DNA of 63,433 nucleotides, the filler included, from Octopus bimaculoides (taxonomy: Eukaryota), in NCBI RefSeq assembly GCF_001194135.2. It is 7 parts of 7 records of this genome, joined end to end, with 100 filler letters (N's around TTAATTAATTAA, not from the genome) between each part and the next. Parts side by side here need not be neighbours in the genome. Positions count along the whole stretch, not along the records: positions 33,661 to 51,412 come from NC_068985.1; positions 51,513 to 55,923 come from NC_069004.1; positions 56,024 to 58,011 come from NW_026350868.1; positions 58,112 to 61,419 come from NC_068989.1; 3 more parts are not named here. One strand, given 5' to 3'. Numbering within the stretch: the first letter of the stretch is position 1; every line of letters begins with the position of its first letter. Shown here piece after piece: positions 47,036-59,814 of this stretch. The notes under the pieces are model-generated. The model saw only the letters and a program-made list of their open reading frames with translations, did not search any database and was not told the DNA's origin. A program made the position numbers and the translations under genes.

Positions 47036-50000
47036 CATGGTCGCAGCTACTTACGTTTGAGAGAGGCCTCGCCTCGTACAGCCATGGCAGGTTTTTTTCT
47101 ACCCTGCTCTATTGTGTGGCATGTTGATAATTTTGAATATTGTTGATAATTTGCGATAAAGAAACTTAAATATATGTTTCCTATTCTGATGATAAGGCTG
47201 AAAAAATAAATTTTTTTAAATGAAAATATGGAAAACCTTTTAAAAAAATAGATTAAACTAGAACACGGTCGTGTTTTCAGTAAAAATGTGTGTGCGCACG
47301 TGTGTTTATGTTTGTATGTGTATGGATGATTGAATGGATGGATGTTCCAAGTTGTAGATTACAGTCATGCTTCTGGGTAACTGAACTTTTGCAGAATACT
47401 TTTTCCTTTTGTTTTCTTGTTTTTCTTGTTTGTTTGTTTGTTTGTTTTGTTTTGTTTTTTTCTTTTCATAGTGTACATCAATGCTAGACTCATTTCTCTA
47501 AGAGATTTTTCATTCTATTAACTGGCAGAACGAAAAAAAAATTAAGACTAATGCATATACCCACAAGCGTTGCTAAACACAGCAGAAAACTTTTGTGATT
47601 GCAAAAATAATTAATTTAGAGTAATTATGTAAATTAGTACAGTATTTTGAGGAGGAAAAAAAGCATGTTTTTTCTGAGGAATATTTTTTTTTTATTACCT
47701 CTATTTTTATTTTTAATTTTAAGTTTTAAATTTTTGCGCATGTTTATAAAACTTGATTTGATGTATGTTCGGAATTTCGTAGATGCCACAACAATTATAA
47801 GAGTTTCATTTTAATGTTATCTCTATAGAATATCTATAAAATTCACAGCCAGCAATTAAATATATGTCCCATTTACTAGGAATGTGTTTACTATGCAAAT
47901 TTATCTATCCTGTTATGTTACACCACTAGACCAAGTGGATATTTAAGCAATGTGTACGTGAATGATTGATAGTTTTTATGAGGTACTGATGAATGGACAA
48001 TAATCTTTAATCTTTGAAATATGTACATACATCCATTACCTATTTTTCTGTCTTCGATCATATTGTGTACATAAACGTATCTGTTTTACGAAATGTTGTA
48101 ACTTACAGTACTTGTTGTGAATTTTATAGAAAATCTATACAGATAACATTAAAATAAAATTTGAGCGCTGTTAACACGCGGTAGGACACAGAATTGACTT
48201 AATAACCATGTGATATACCTAGCAGTGTATTATGGTAACAAAACGAAACACTGTTGCATTGAGACTAATTAAATTATGAGAGTATCGACATTTCTTTCAT
48301 TTGAATTCAAGTTTTTTCAAAGACTTACATCTTCTATCTCTATGAGACCACCATTCGACTTCTCATCGAATATTGCTGTCATCTTTCGACTGGTGCTTCC
48401 TCTGTGTGTATTATTTTTGCTTGATCAGATTCAGAATCGAGTTGCAATCACGGTAGACCCTCTTTTTTCTACGAGATTGGAGCCTTTCGCCCATCGTTGA
48501 AATATACCTCCTTTGTATCATTTCTGTAAGTATTTCCATGGTCACTGCTCAGATGGACTTTCTGATCCAGTACCCTGCCAAGACCTTTCAATGTGTCACT
48601 CACTCCTCTCCAAACGCACATCGTGTTTCTGTTGAGCTTCCTCTTAGTTTCTCTTTTATTCTCACAGCTTATCTTCTCAAACTCCTGCTCTGTGGAACTC
48701 ACTGATGTCCCCTTTCCCTCTGGTCTATAATATTCACTCTTTTAAGCTTTCTATCAATCGATATCTTTTGAATTTGCTGACCCCTTCATTTCTTTCTTTG
48801 TAGTTTCATACGCTAGAGTAGCCTGAAGCTTTGCTTGGGACAAAACCCTTAAAAAAGTTTTCAAAGAAATTTACCCTAAAATATAGTGATTTCATGTGAT
48901 TCTATCCATTTTTAGATGTTAATAAACCTAGGCAAGGACGTGTACCACTGCATGTGTATGTGTGTAAGAAAAGTATGACAAACACGAGATTTAGTGTATT
49001 GTTGTGGTTATTTGTATTTTTTACAGTGGTTGTTCCAACGCAACATAGACGCCTTGCTCTAATATGCAAAATTAGTGTTGACCAACGTTGATGGTACGTA
49101 CACAGAAATATGTCGGCGCAACGGAAGACTCCTCTAAGTCTAGACTGTATATTCACAGATACTCTTTTTGAATCCAACGAGTACGTAATGTTACAATTTT
49201 AGTCGGTTATACATGTGTGTGTGTCTGTGTGTATGTCTGAGTGTCTGTCTGTCTGTTTGTCTGTCTACATGTGTCTGTGTATATATCAACTGCAGGATAC
49301 AGGAACGTTCTGGGCTGCATCTTATCGGAAGGAGAGGCTGCAGACTCTGCTTGACAAAAAGGATATTCTTTCCAAAAACCTGACACTATCCAGACGTTTT
49401 CCTGAACTCGAGAAACGAAATTTTGAGATGCTGCCTTCTTGAATGCGAATTTTATTGCTGACATGTACGTTTATTAACTAAGAAACAGTATATAAATATA
49501 TATATATATATATATCAATATATCAATATATNNNNNNNNNNNNNNNNNNNNNNNNNNNNNNNNNNNNNNNNNNNNNNNNNNNNNNNNNNNNNNNNNNNNN
49601 NNNNNNNNNNNNNNNNNNNNNNNNNNNNNNNNNNNNNNNNNNNNNNNNNNNNNNNNNNNNNNNNNNNNNNNNNNNNNNNNNNNNNNNNNNNNNNNNNNNN
49701 NNNNNNNNNNNNNNNNNNNNNNNNNNNNNNNNNNNNNNNNNNNNNNNNNNNNNNNNNNNNNNNNNNNNNNNNNNNNNNNNNNNNNNNNNNNNNNNNNNNN
49801 NNNNNNNNNNNNNNNNNNNNNNNNNNNNNNNNNNNNNNNNNNNNNNNNNNNNNNNNNNNNNNNNNNNNNNNNNNNNNNNNNNNNNNNNNNNNNNNNNNNN
49901 NNNNNNNNNNNNNNNNNNNNNNNNNNNNNNNNNNNNNNNNNNNNNNNNNNNNNNNNNNNNNNNNNNNNNNNNNNNNNNNNNNNNNNNNNNNNNNNNNNNN

Positions 50001-50180
50001 NNNNNNNNNNNNNNNNNNNNNNNNNNNNNNNNNNNNNNNNNNNNNNNNNNNNNNNNNNNNNNNNNNNNNNNNNNNNNNNNNNNNNNNNNNNNNNNNNNNN
50101 NNNNNNNNNNNNNNNNNNNNNNNNNNNNNNNNNCATTAGGGAAATTTCTATTCCCAAGAATATAATTATTCGTATATATT

Positions 50181-50273
50181 TATATAAAGGGCATTATTAT
50201 AGAAAAATAATAACGCCACACAGTGGACTTCTCAAAAAATTTTTAATTTTTCTATAATAATGCCCTTTATATA
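50181..50273. repeat. Short foldback inverted repeat
   Basis: tatataaagggcattattatagaaaa / ttttctataataatgccctttatata, a perfect 26 bp. Confidence 0.8.
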
Positions 50274-50559
50274 TATATAATAAATGAGTATATGCATATA
50301 TACGTGCATGTATGTACATACCTACATCTACATGTATATATAGATGCATATCTGGGTACAGGACGTTGCAAACAAAACGTAGACAAAAAAATAATAAACG
50401 GAGTACAGAAAACACACAGGCCACATAGAGAACATTTCCTTCATCAGCTGCCACCATTCTAACACTGGCGTTTCGAAGAGTTAGGGCATATATATATATA
50501 AATGTGTGTGTGTTGAATAAAATGAGACAATAAAGTGTGAAATTTCTAGGACATTCATA

Positions 50560-51170
50560 AAGAGAGATGTAGTCTTACAGTTGTTTCAGAGATATAAAGG
50601 ACATCCCATCATCAGAGACGATATGAGAGAGTTAAACAGAAAGAAATAGTAGAGTTCAATATAAGAAGTTATTTTGGAAAGGGAGATATATAGGAAGTAT
50701 AAAAGGAAATAAGAGAATAAAAATAAAAATAAATGTATGTTGGGTGTTACAGTTGCAGTTCCATTATCCAAGGAATGTGCTGTTTAGAATGGGCAAAGAA
50801 GTTTCTTGTCCATGGTATATAATATATGCACACACACATGTATAGGTATATTATTTAACAATTAAAGAATAAAAATTAAAAATTAAAAAATTAATTCTTT
50901 TTAGAAATTGGGAAGTCAAATAAGGTTGTTGGAGGTTACCTAAGGGGTATTCGGTATATGTACTGTGTGGTGATCTCGGTTGCATTTCGATCTGTGGTAA
51001 AATTTGAAGGCATGAAAGAAGCGGTGGCTGCATGTACCTAGGGCCTCATTATATCTATTTAGTAGTATTGAAGAGTTATGCTTTAATATAGGGGGGTCTA
51101 ACAGCAGTCCTTCCGTAGCACTTACATAGACTTACCTGCCTTTTGGGTCCTCTGGATACCAAAACATCTT
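50560..51170 (-). mobile_element. Penelope-like 3' end (endonuclease C-terminus, UTR and hammerhead)
   Basis: ..ILKHNSSILLNRYNEALGTCSHRFFH.. resembles PLE ORF C-termini (LLNKRxELxxxCRH). The hammerhead is downstream on the same strand. Confidence 0.55.
50572..50619 (-). ncRNA. Minimal type-I hammerhead ribozyme motif
   Basis: GUCU-CUGAUGA-U-GGGAUGU/AUAUCUC-U-GAAAC-AACU-GUA-AGAC. Confidence 0.65.
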
Positions 51171-51177
51171 ATATATA

Positions 51178-51214
<37 letters not shown>

Positions 51215-51456
51215 CGAGCATGATTCGGTAGTGGTTCAGTTTCAAAATATCTGTAGTCACACATACAAACATATATATATATATATATATACTGGAGTAA
51301 GCACATGAAATGTGCAACAAGGTGGAAAAAAAGAGTACTCAAATACCAGAGGTAGAGTAATATGCTTTATTTAAAAGCAGCAGAAATATAACAAAAGACT
51401 GTTACTCTGAGTNNNNNNNNNNNNNNNNNNNNNNNNNNNNNNNNNNNNNNNNNNNN

Positions 51457-51468
51457 TTAATTAATTAA
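51457..51468. other. Artificial join spacer TTAATTAATTAA
   Basis: Same 12-mer between N runs. Confidence 0.9.
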
Positions 51469-51621
51469 NNNNNNNNNNNNNNNNNNNNNNNNNNNNNNNN
51501 NNNNNNNNNNNNTATGTATATATGTATGTACGCATTTCTCTCTCTTTCTCTCTCTCTCTTTCTCTGTATATATACTAATCGAAGCTTTTTTTTCAAAATT
51601 GGAGGCGAACACCTTCCTTCA

Positions 51622-51690
51622 TGCTTGAAGAATTTGTTAGGATACTAGGATATTTTTTGTAGTTTTCTTAACATGAAACCAATGGTAGCC
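51622..51690 (+). ncRNA. Degenerate hammerhead-like motif with a long stem II
   Basis: GC-UUGAAGA-..UGUUAGGA...UCUUAACA.-GAAAC-CAAUG-GUA-GCC. Confidence 0.4.
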
Positions 51691-52193
51691 TTAATTCACA
51701 AACAAAGAAATTATAACCACCAATGCGGTGTTGAACAGTCATTTTCATCGTTCGACACTTACGTATATATATATATATATATATAAATATATATATATAA
51801 CATGTAAGAAATACATAAATCATTTTAAATATAAAATTTGTACAAAAGAAATAGCTGACACAAAATATATGATAATATGTAACAAACTATATAAGGTAGA
51901 CGAATGATATGTTAAAATACATGTGCAATATATGTGTATAATATGCAAAACCCACAACGTATATGGTATAACTAAAATATATTAAACGCATTATATACGT
52001 AGATATCAAAGGTATATATTTAGGAAATCTAGCAAACAGAAAATTTATGATAATAAATGAAATACACGAACTCTATTGATTATATGAAATTTACAAATAA
52101 ACTTATAAAATCTGTAAAAGGTATGAAATATTTTGAGTACACACAAAGATCAAAAGTAAACACACGTTCATGCAAGTATGTACGTGTGTGTGA

Positions 52194-52234
<41 letters not shown>

Positions 52235-52355
52235 AATATATAAAAGATATACACAAAATATTGCTGACATATTTTAAAGGGGTGTAACTGAGTAATGAAA
52301 CAATGAACTATTTCATGTGAGACATTGCATAGGCGCACAAAATCTCACAGTGACT

Positions 52356-52429
<74 letters not shown>

Positions 52430-52501
52430 ATTCATCTATACACACATACACATATATATATACATATCTATACATATGCATATATACATAAATATATATA
52501 C

Positions 52502-52532
<31 letters not shown>

Positions 52533-53068
52533 TGTATGTATACACACATACGTACACACACACACACACACACACACACTTATATACAGATATGTACGTA
52601 TATATATATATATGTATGTTATATATATATATGTTTGTATGCTGGTACATATAACTATATGTGCCCATCGATGTATATATATATATAGATATCTTTATCT
52701 CTATAAATATACCTGTATGTATGGGAGGTCGGTTAAGTAGTTGTTTACTAAATATGAAAACTGTATTAGAAATAACTTATAAAGTACTTTATTATCAATA
52801 TATACACACATATATATGTGTGTGTGTGTGTATATGTATATATATATATAACGTATATATATATATATATCGATATATATATANNNNNNNNNNNNNNNNN
52901 NNNNNNNNNNNNNNNNNNNNNNNNNNNNNNNNNNNNNNNNNNNNNNNNNNNNNNNNNNNNNNNNNNNNNNNNNNNNNNNNNNNNNNNNNNNNNNNNNNNN
53001 NNNNNNNNNNNNNNNNNNNNNNNNNNNNNNNNNNNNNNNNNNNNNNNNNNNNNNNNNNNNNNNNNNNN

Positions 53069-53125
<57 letters not shown>

Positions 53126-53599
53126 TATACATAATCTTAAATATAGTACCTATCTATAGAAAGGTATGCATAGAAAGGTATATATGTATATATGTTTGTG
53201 TTTGCGTGTGAGTGTACGTGTGTGTGTGTTTGTGTTTGTGTGCTTGTATATATATATATGTGCGTGAGTGTGTATGTGTTCGATAAACACATCAAATCGG
53301 TGATTAAAAACTAAATGGTGTAATAAAAATGCTTTATGGGAAAACCACGCAGTGACGTAGATTGCGCGTAGACACCCGTGCGCTCATACAGACACTCTCA
53401 CAAACGCGTAAATACAATGACGCCTCTCCCCACGCACACATACATATACACACTTACTTACATACACACGCACACCCCAAACACACGCGCACAGAAAAGA
53501 TACAAACACACACACACACAGAAGTACTCACGCTTACACACGCATACACACGCATACACACGCATCGACAGGCGAAGCTAAGCACTTGCAGAAATGTAC

Positions 53600-53990
53600 G
53601 CAAACATCCACAAAAGCACACAGAGATTTTCAGGTCGCGTTTTATGAAGAATTCCTTGGTTTTGCGTATCTACTGGAGTACTTGGCCTGTTCCATATAGA
53701 CGCTGCATTTCCATCGATATAACCAGCTGGGTTAGTCCATTGACCAATGTTTGTTAAGGGCGAAAGACACTGTTCTCTTGTTAGTGCTTCTATACCAAAA
53801 TGTTGCTGCCATATCATGATGGTTCACATTTCCATGTAACTTGTGGGAATGCTCCGGTGGTCAGCCATTCCATGCTAGATAATGAGCTGCGATTCTGCAT
53901 TAATGTAGTGGAGTGGAATTTTCTGTTCTTGCCTGATGATCGTGGTCTGTATGGATTCGAAGATGGTGTTTTCTATTCAGTCTGCGAGGA
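53600..53990 (-). mobile_element. Highly degenerate RTE-like LINE 3' coding remnant
   Basis: Weak similarity only: IE.TIF.SIQ..GMADHRSIP, compared with the RTE motif HLxRMxDHRxPK. Confidence 0.35.
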
Positions 53991-55108
53991 GAAATAATAA
54001 TTATCATGCTACTAAAGATGGTGATGATAATGATTATGGTGATGATGGTGATGATGATGATGATAAGAAGAAGAAAAAGCAGAAGAAGAGAAAGAAAAGG
54101 AAGAAGTGCGATAACATACCTCTTCATTATCNNNNNNNNNNNNNNNNNNNNNNNNNNNNNNNNNNNNNNNNNNNNNNNNNNNNNNNNNNNNNNNNNNNNN
54201 NNNNNNNNNNNNNNNNNNNNNNNNNNNNNNNNNNNNNNNNNNNNNNNNNNNNNNNNNNNNNNNNNNNNNNNNNNNNNNNNNNNNNNNNNNNNNNNNNNNN
54301 NNNNNNNNNNNNNNNNNNNNNNNNNNNNNNNNNNNNNNNNNNNNNNNNNNNNNNNNNNNNNNNNNNNNNNNNNNNNNNNNNNNNNNNNNNNNNNNNNNNN
54401 NNNNNNNNNNNNNNNNNNNNNNNNNNNNNNNNNNNNNNNNNNNNNNNNNNNNNNNNNNNNNNNNNNNNNNNNNNNNNNNNNNNNNNNNNNNNNNNNNNNN
54501 NNNNNNNNNNNNNNNNNNNNNNNNNNNNNNNNNNNNNNNNNNNNNNNNNNNNNNNNNNNNNNNNNNNNNNNNNNNNNNNNNNNNNNNNNNNNNNNNNNNN
54601 NNNNNNNNNNNNNNNNNNNNNNNNNNNNNNNNNNNNNNNNNNNNNNNNNNNNNNNNNNNNNNNNNNNNNNNNNNNNNNNNNNNNNNNNNNNNNNNNNNNN
54701 NNNNNNNNNNNNNNNNNNNNNNNNNNNNNNNNNNNNNNNNNNNNNNNNNNNNNNNNNNNNNNNNNNNNNNNNNNNNNNNNNNNNNNNNNNNNNNNNNNNN
54801 NNNNNNNNNNNNNNNNNNNNNNNNNNNNNNNNNNNNNNNNNNNNNNNNNNNNNNNNNNNNNNNNNNNNNNNNNNNNNNNNNNNNNNNNNNNNNNNNNNNN
54901 NNNNNNNNNNNNNNNNNNNNNNNNNNNNNNNNNNNNNNNNNNNNNNNNNNNNNNNNNNNNNNNNNNNNNNNNNNNNNNNNNNNNNNNNNNNNNNNNNNNN
55001 NNNNNNNNNNNNNNNNNNNNNNNNNNNNNNNNNNNNNNNNNNNNNNNNNNNNNNNNNNNNNNNNNNNNNNNNNNNNNNNNNNNNNNNNNNNNNNNNNNNN
55101 NNNNNNNN

Positions 55109-55159
<51 letters not shown>

Positions 55160-55621
55160 TTAAATATATATATATATATATATTATGTATATGTGCGTGT
55201 GTACGTGTGTGTGTGTGGGGATGAAATATAAACCAAATGAACCGAGAGTCAATCAAGGTGTTTATATAAAAATAGAACACATATATATATATTCACCGAA
55301 GCCATAATTATGTTTAACACTCGCGCGCGCAGAAGCGGTAGTAGACACATAAACACAGACACACACACACGCACATGCATCTGCCCAGTTGTGAATCTCT
55401 GGCGCAAGATCGCTAGCTGCGAATTTTTATGCAGACTTTGAAATTCAACATTCAAAATCAGAAATAATTAGAGAAACTGAAGGGGAGAGAACTTCAAAGA
55501 GGAAAACAGGACTTTCGTCGATTCTTGGTTCTCTTCTTGCGAGCTCCTACTATGATTATGGATAGTATGCCAATAGTGGCCTAATAAGACACCCGAGGAC
55601 GTACAAGCGACTATATACATG

Positions 55622-55920
55622 TTGTTGTTGTTGTTGGCACTCCGTCGCTTACGACGTCGAGGTTTCCAGTTGATCCGATCAACGGAATAGCCTACTCGTG
55701 AAATTAACGTGCAAGTGGCTGAGCACTCCACAGACACGTGTACCCTTAATGTAGTTCTCGGGGAGATTCAGCGTGACACAGTGTGACAATGCTGACCCTT
55801 TGAATTACAGCCACAACAGAAACAGGAAGTAAGAGTGAGAGAAAAATGTGGTGGAAGAATACAGCAGGGTTCCTCACCATCCCCTGCCGGAGCCTCGTGG
55901 AGCTTTAGGTGTTTTCGCTC
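55622..55920 (-). mobile_element. SINE family C or RTE-related element with a (CAA)n tail
   Basis: Shares gtggctgagcactccacagacacg..gagattcagcgtgacaca with 16955 and 17455. Confidence 0.65.
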
Positions 55921-55967
55921 AATNNNNNNNNNNNNNNNNNNNNNNNNNNNNNNNNNNNNNNNNNNNN

Positions 55968-55979
55968 TTAATTAATTAA
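55968..55979. other. Artificial join spacer TTAATTAATTAA
   Basis: Same 12-mer between N runs. Confidence 0.9.
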
Positions 55980-56024
55980 NNNNNNNNNNNNNNNNNNNNN
56001 NNNNNNNNNNNNNNNNNNNNNNNG

Positions 56025-56178
56025 ACCCCAGGACTTATTCTTTGTAAGCCTAATACTTATTCTATCGTTCTCTCTTGCCGAACCCCTAAGTTATGGGACA
56101 TAAACCCACTACCATCGGTTGTCAAACGATGTTGGGGTGGGGACAAACACAGACACACAAACATATACACACGCATAC

Positions 56179-56210
<32 letters not shown>

Positions 56211-56350
56211 GGCAGGCTTCTTTCAGTTTCCGTCTACCAAATCCACTCACTTTGTTCAGCCCGAGGCCATAGTAGAAGACACTTGCCCAAGGTGCAACGC
56301 AGTGGGAATGAACCCGGAACCATGTCGTTGGTGAGCAAGCTACTTACCAC
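56025..56350 (-). mobile_element. SINE family A
   Basis: gaccccaggacttattctttgtaagcc...gaagacacttgcccaaggtg..aacccggaaccatg. Confidence 0.8.
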
Positions 56351-56487
56351 ATACATATACATATATGCATATATAGGTATATGTATATATATGTACATGT
56401 AGTCTAGTAACACAATCTGTATCACGTCCTCACGTTATTGTTTTTTGTTGTTGTTTTTTGTCTTTTTCCTTTTTTGAAACTTATATG

Positions 56488-56518
<31 letters not shown>

Positions 56519-57549
56519 NNNNNNNNNNNNNNNNNNNNNNNNNNNNNNNNNNNNNNNNNNNNNNNNNNNNNNNNNNNNNNNNNNNNNNNNNNNNNNNNNN
56601 NNNNNNNNNNNNNNNNNNNNNNNNNNNNNNNNNNNNNNNNNNNNNNNNNNNNNNNNNNNNNNNNNNNNNNNNNNNNNNNNNNNNNNNNNNNNNNNNNNNN
56701 NNNNNNNNNNNNNNNNNNNNNNNNNNNNNNNNNNNNNNNNNNNNNNNNNNNNNNNNNNNNNNNNNNNNNNNNNNNNNNNNNNNNNNNNNNNNNNNNNNNN
56801 NNNNNNNNNNNNNNNNNNNNNNNNNNNNNNNNNNNNNNNNNNNNNNNNNNNNNNNNNNNNNNNNNNNNNNNNNNNNNNNNNNNNNNNNNNNNNNNNNNNN
56901 NNNNNNNNNNNNNNNNNNNNNNNNNNNNNNNNNNNNNNNNNNNNNNNNNNNNNNNNNNNNNNNNNNNNNNNNNNNNNNNNNNNNNNNNNNNNNNNNNNNN
57001 NNNNNNNNNNNNNNNNNNNNNNNNNNNNNNNNNNNNNNNNNNNNNNNNNNNNNNNNNNNNNNNNNNNNNNNNNNNNNNNNNNNNNNNNNNNNNNNNNNNN
57101 NNNNNNNNNNNNNNNATAGCGGAGTCTATCAGGCTAGTGATTGATTCTAGACAAAAGTTTTAACTGTCTCAGATTTTATTGTTTCTTATCTAGTGGTGAT
57201 AGCAAAGGGACAATTACTTCTAAAGAGAGGGAAGGTGTAAGCAGTATGCATGGACAAGGCTATAAAAGTATTAGAATCTAAAGGTTTCACTGGTCAGAGT
57301 AGTATCAGGTCATTTTACTACTATCAAAATGTTGAGGAATTAATGTTGAGGAATTACAACCCTAGGTATATGGGTCAAATAGGTTTTTTTCTTTTAGTCT
57401 GAATAGAGTAACAGTATAGTGGTACAGACAACAATAATACCTTAACCAATATTTTCACAATAAGAGGTATGTTAATAATATAAATAAAATGAGATGTAGT
57501 TATTTTCCACAAAAATCATGAAATATACATATATATACACACATATATA

Positions 57550-57601
<52 letters not shown>

Positions 57602-57696
57602 CACATATATATATACGCATATATATATATTTGTACATATATATATATATATATATGTGAGTACATATATATGTATATATATATGCGTATATATAT

Positions 57697-57756
<60 letters not shown>

Positions 57757-58055
57757 ATGCCTGTATATGTGTGTATATATATGTATATATATATGCATAC
57801 ATATATGCGTTTATATATGTGTATATATATATTTTCTATAGTTTTAGCTCAGAGCTGCGGCCATGCTGATGCACCACCGTGTTGCTAGACTGTTATTACT
57901 GAGAGTCTCCTGCAATATGCGGCGATTGGTGAAGAATGGAGTTTGATGTAGCTACCCTCAATTGCACGTCTTGCCGTGAGGTAGGTTCATCTGGGACTCT
58001 CGACAGGAAGANNNNNNNNNNNNNNNNNNNNNNNNNNNNNNNNNNNNNNNNNNNN

Positions 58056-58067
58056 TTAATTAATTAA
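58056..58067. other. Artificial join spacer TTAATTAATTAA
   Basis: Same 12-mer between N runs. Confidence 0.9.
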
Positions 58068-58153
58068 NNNNNNNNNNNNNNNNNNNNNNNNNNNNNNNNN
58101 NNNNNNNNNNNTGTATGTATGTATGTATGTATGTATGTATGTATGTATGCATA

Positions 58154-59400
58154 CACAGACACGACAGAAGTAAATAGACACCACATAAAACGATGTTTTA
58201 TGTTTATTCTAACTTGTAATGGTTTATATTTTTTATTAATTGACATCTTTTTCATTTCAGGTTCTATATGTGACTGTTTAATCATGCCATGTACAAGAGA
58301 AGCTTTGGAACTGTGTGAATTTCAAAGTGGCCATATTGTGGGTCAATCTGAAGGTGGATATAATCAGCGTAAAATCGCAGAAAACTGTGGGATCCCGCTT
58401 TCTACAGTTAGTATAGTGATTGGGCAATTCACTAGAGAGGGAAGGAGTTCACATCACCTCGCCCAAGTTGATCAGGGCTCTCTAACAGGACCCTTCTCTT
58501 TGTTAAGAGAAGTGTGGAGGATAATCCTCGTTGTAAGGTCTCTGACACAGCAGAACACGTTGATGTCAGTTCCAGAACAGCTGTCAGGTATCTCTATAAA
58601 CTTGGTTACTATGGAAGAGCCGCAAGAAAGAAGTCACTTCTTTGACCAGCCAATGTCAAGCGGAGAAAAGATTGGGCCAGTGAGATGATGGAGAGGCCAC
58701 TAGCATTTTGGGACACTGTCATATTCTCCAATGAGTCCAGATTTGCTGTTTTTTGTGACAGTGATCGACTATGGGTCTGGAGACTCTGTGATCAAGAATT
58801 TGACATGCAAAGATTGCAACCAACAATAAAACATGGCAGCTATTCTGTGATGGTCTGGGGAGCAATTTGGAGCGATGGTCAATCGGAACTGGTGGAGTGT
58901 TAGGGAAACATAAACTCAGATAAATATATGGTCATATTACTGAAAAGACTCCTAATCTTCTCAAGTGGTGAAATGATTAAAGAAGACTCTTTATTTATGG
59001 AAGATAGGTCTCCTTGTTACACGGCTAAAATGATCCAAGATTTGTTGGACGAGAATGGCATTAAAGAACTTCCATGGCTAAGCCAGTCACCAGATAAGAA
59101 CCCCATTGAACACCTCTATGGCATAATGGACTGGACACTTCATAAAAAAAATAAGAAAGCATCTTCAATGCCAGATCTTTTGAGATTACTGCATGAAACT
59201 TGGCAAGAAATTCCGTAAAAAAATATTCGTAATTTGATCAGTAACATGCCTTATAGGGGCTTTGCATTGAAAAATGCAAAGGGCACTAAATATCAGATAT
59301 TTACATTATAACAATTAGTAAATAATTTGAATATATAATTTCAGATTTAAATAAATTTTAACGATTATAAGGGTATCTATTTATTTCAGTCATGTCTGCG
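58154..59400 (+). mobile_element. Full-length decayed Tc1-like (DD34E) DNA transposon
   Basis: Imperfect TIRs of about 30 bp (cacagacacgacagaagtaaatagacacc / ggtatctatttatttcagtcatgtctgcg), with TA on both sides. Confidence 0.85.
58284..59295 (+). pseudogene. Tc1 transposase, frameshifted with stops
   Basis: VIFSNESRF (first D changed to N), VMVWGAI, FMEDRSPCY, SQSPDKNPIEHL. There are 34 residues between the second D and E. Confidence 0.9.
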
Positions 59401-59814
59401 TATACACACAAACAGGTAGATAGATAGACATGCAAATAGACATACACGTGTTGTTTTACATACTTTAGAAAAAATGTCATTATTCAAACTTTATTAAACG
59501 TGAGAATATTCGTCGGTCTAACAGTGGCACAGCATTCCTGTTTTATTGTCCAGGTACCATACCTACATCAACTGCTCTAGATTGTTCCTTAGCCTTCCGA
59601 ATGAAATCCTGTGGAACCCTGAGACTCTGAGGCCCGTCTTTTTGTGTTTTATAATCTACTCAGTATTGTACTGACGAGAAGCACAATCTCCGTAACGTGT
59701 TATGCTTCAGAACCACTCACTATGATCATTCATTGCCAAGTAGCAAGCTCTTGCATTTCGGGCCATTTATTTTCAAGGCTCGGTTTTATCATGTTTTGCC
59801 TCATTGCAAAGTGG

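Noticed and set aside
47186-47205. CTGATGA...GAAA as a hammerhead
   Set aside because: No stem II, no stem III and no cleavage triplet.
48300-48800. Another R4-like RT fragment on the minus strand
   Set aside because: Only a weak echo (NGGLIEIED). Too degenerate to call without a profile search.
50420-50490. Minus-strand GAAAC...CTGATGA as a permuted (type II/III) hammerhead
   Set aside because: Stems I and III cannot be closed. At most it is a 3'-half remnant of a ribozyme repeat.
51136-51151. 16-nt microexon with a strong CAG|GTAAGT donor on the minus strand
   Set aside because: It lies within sequence that reads as a decayed Penelope-like ORF end, so the splice-like signals are probably incidental.
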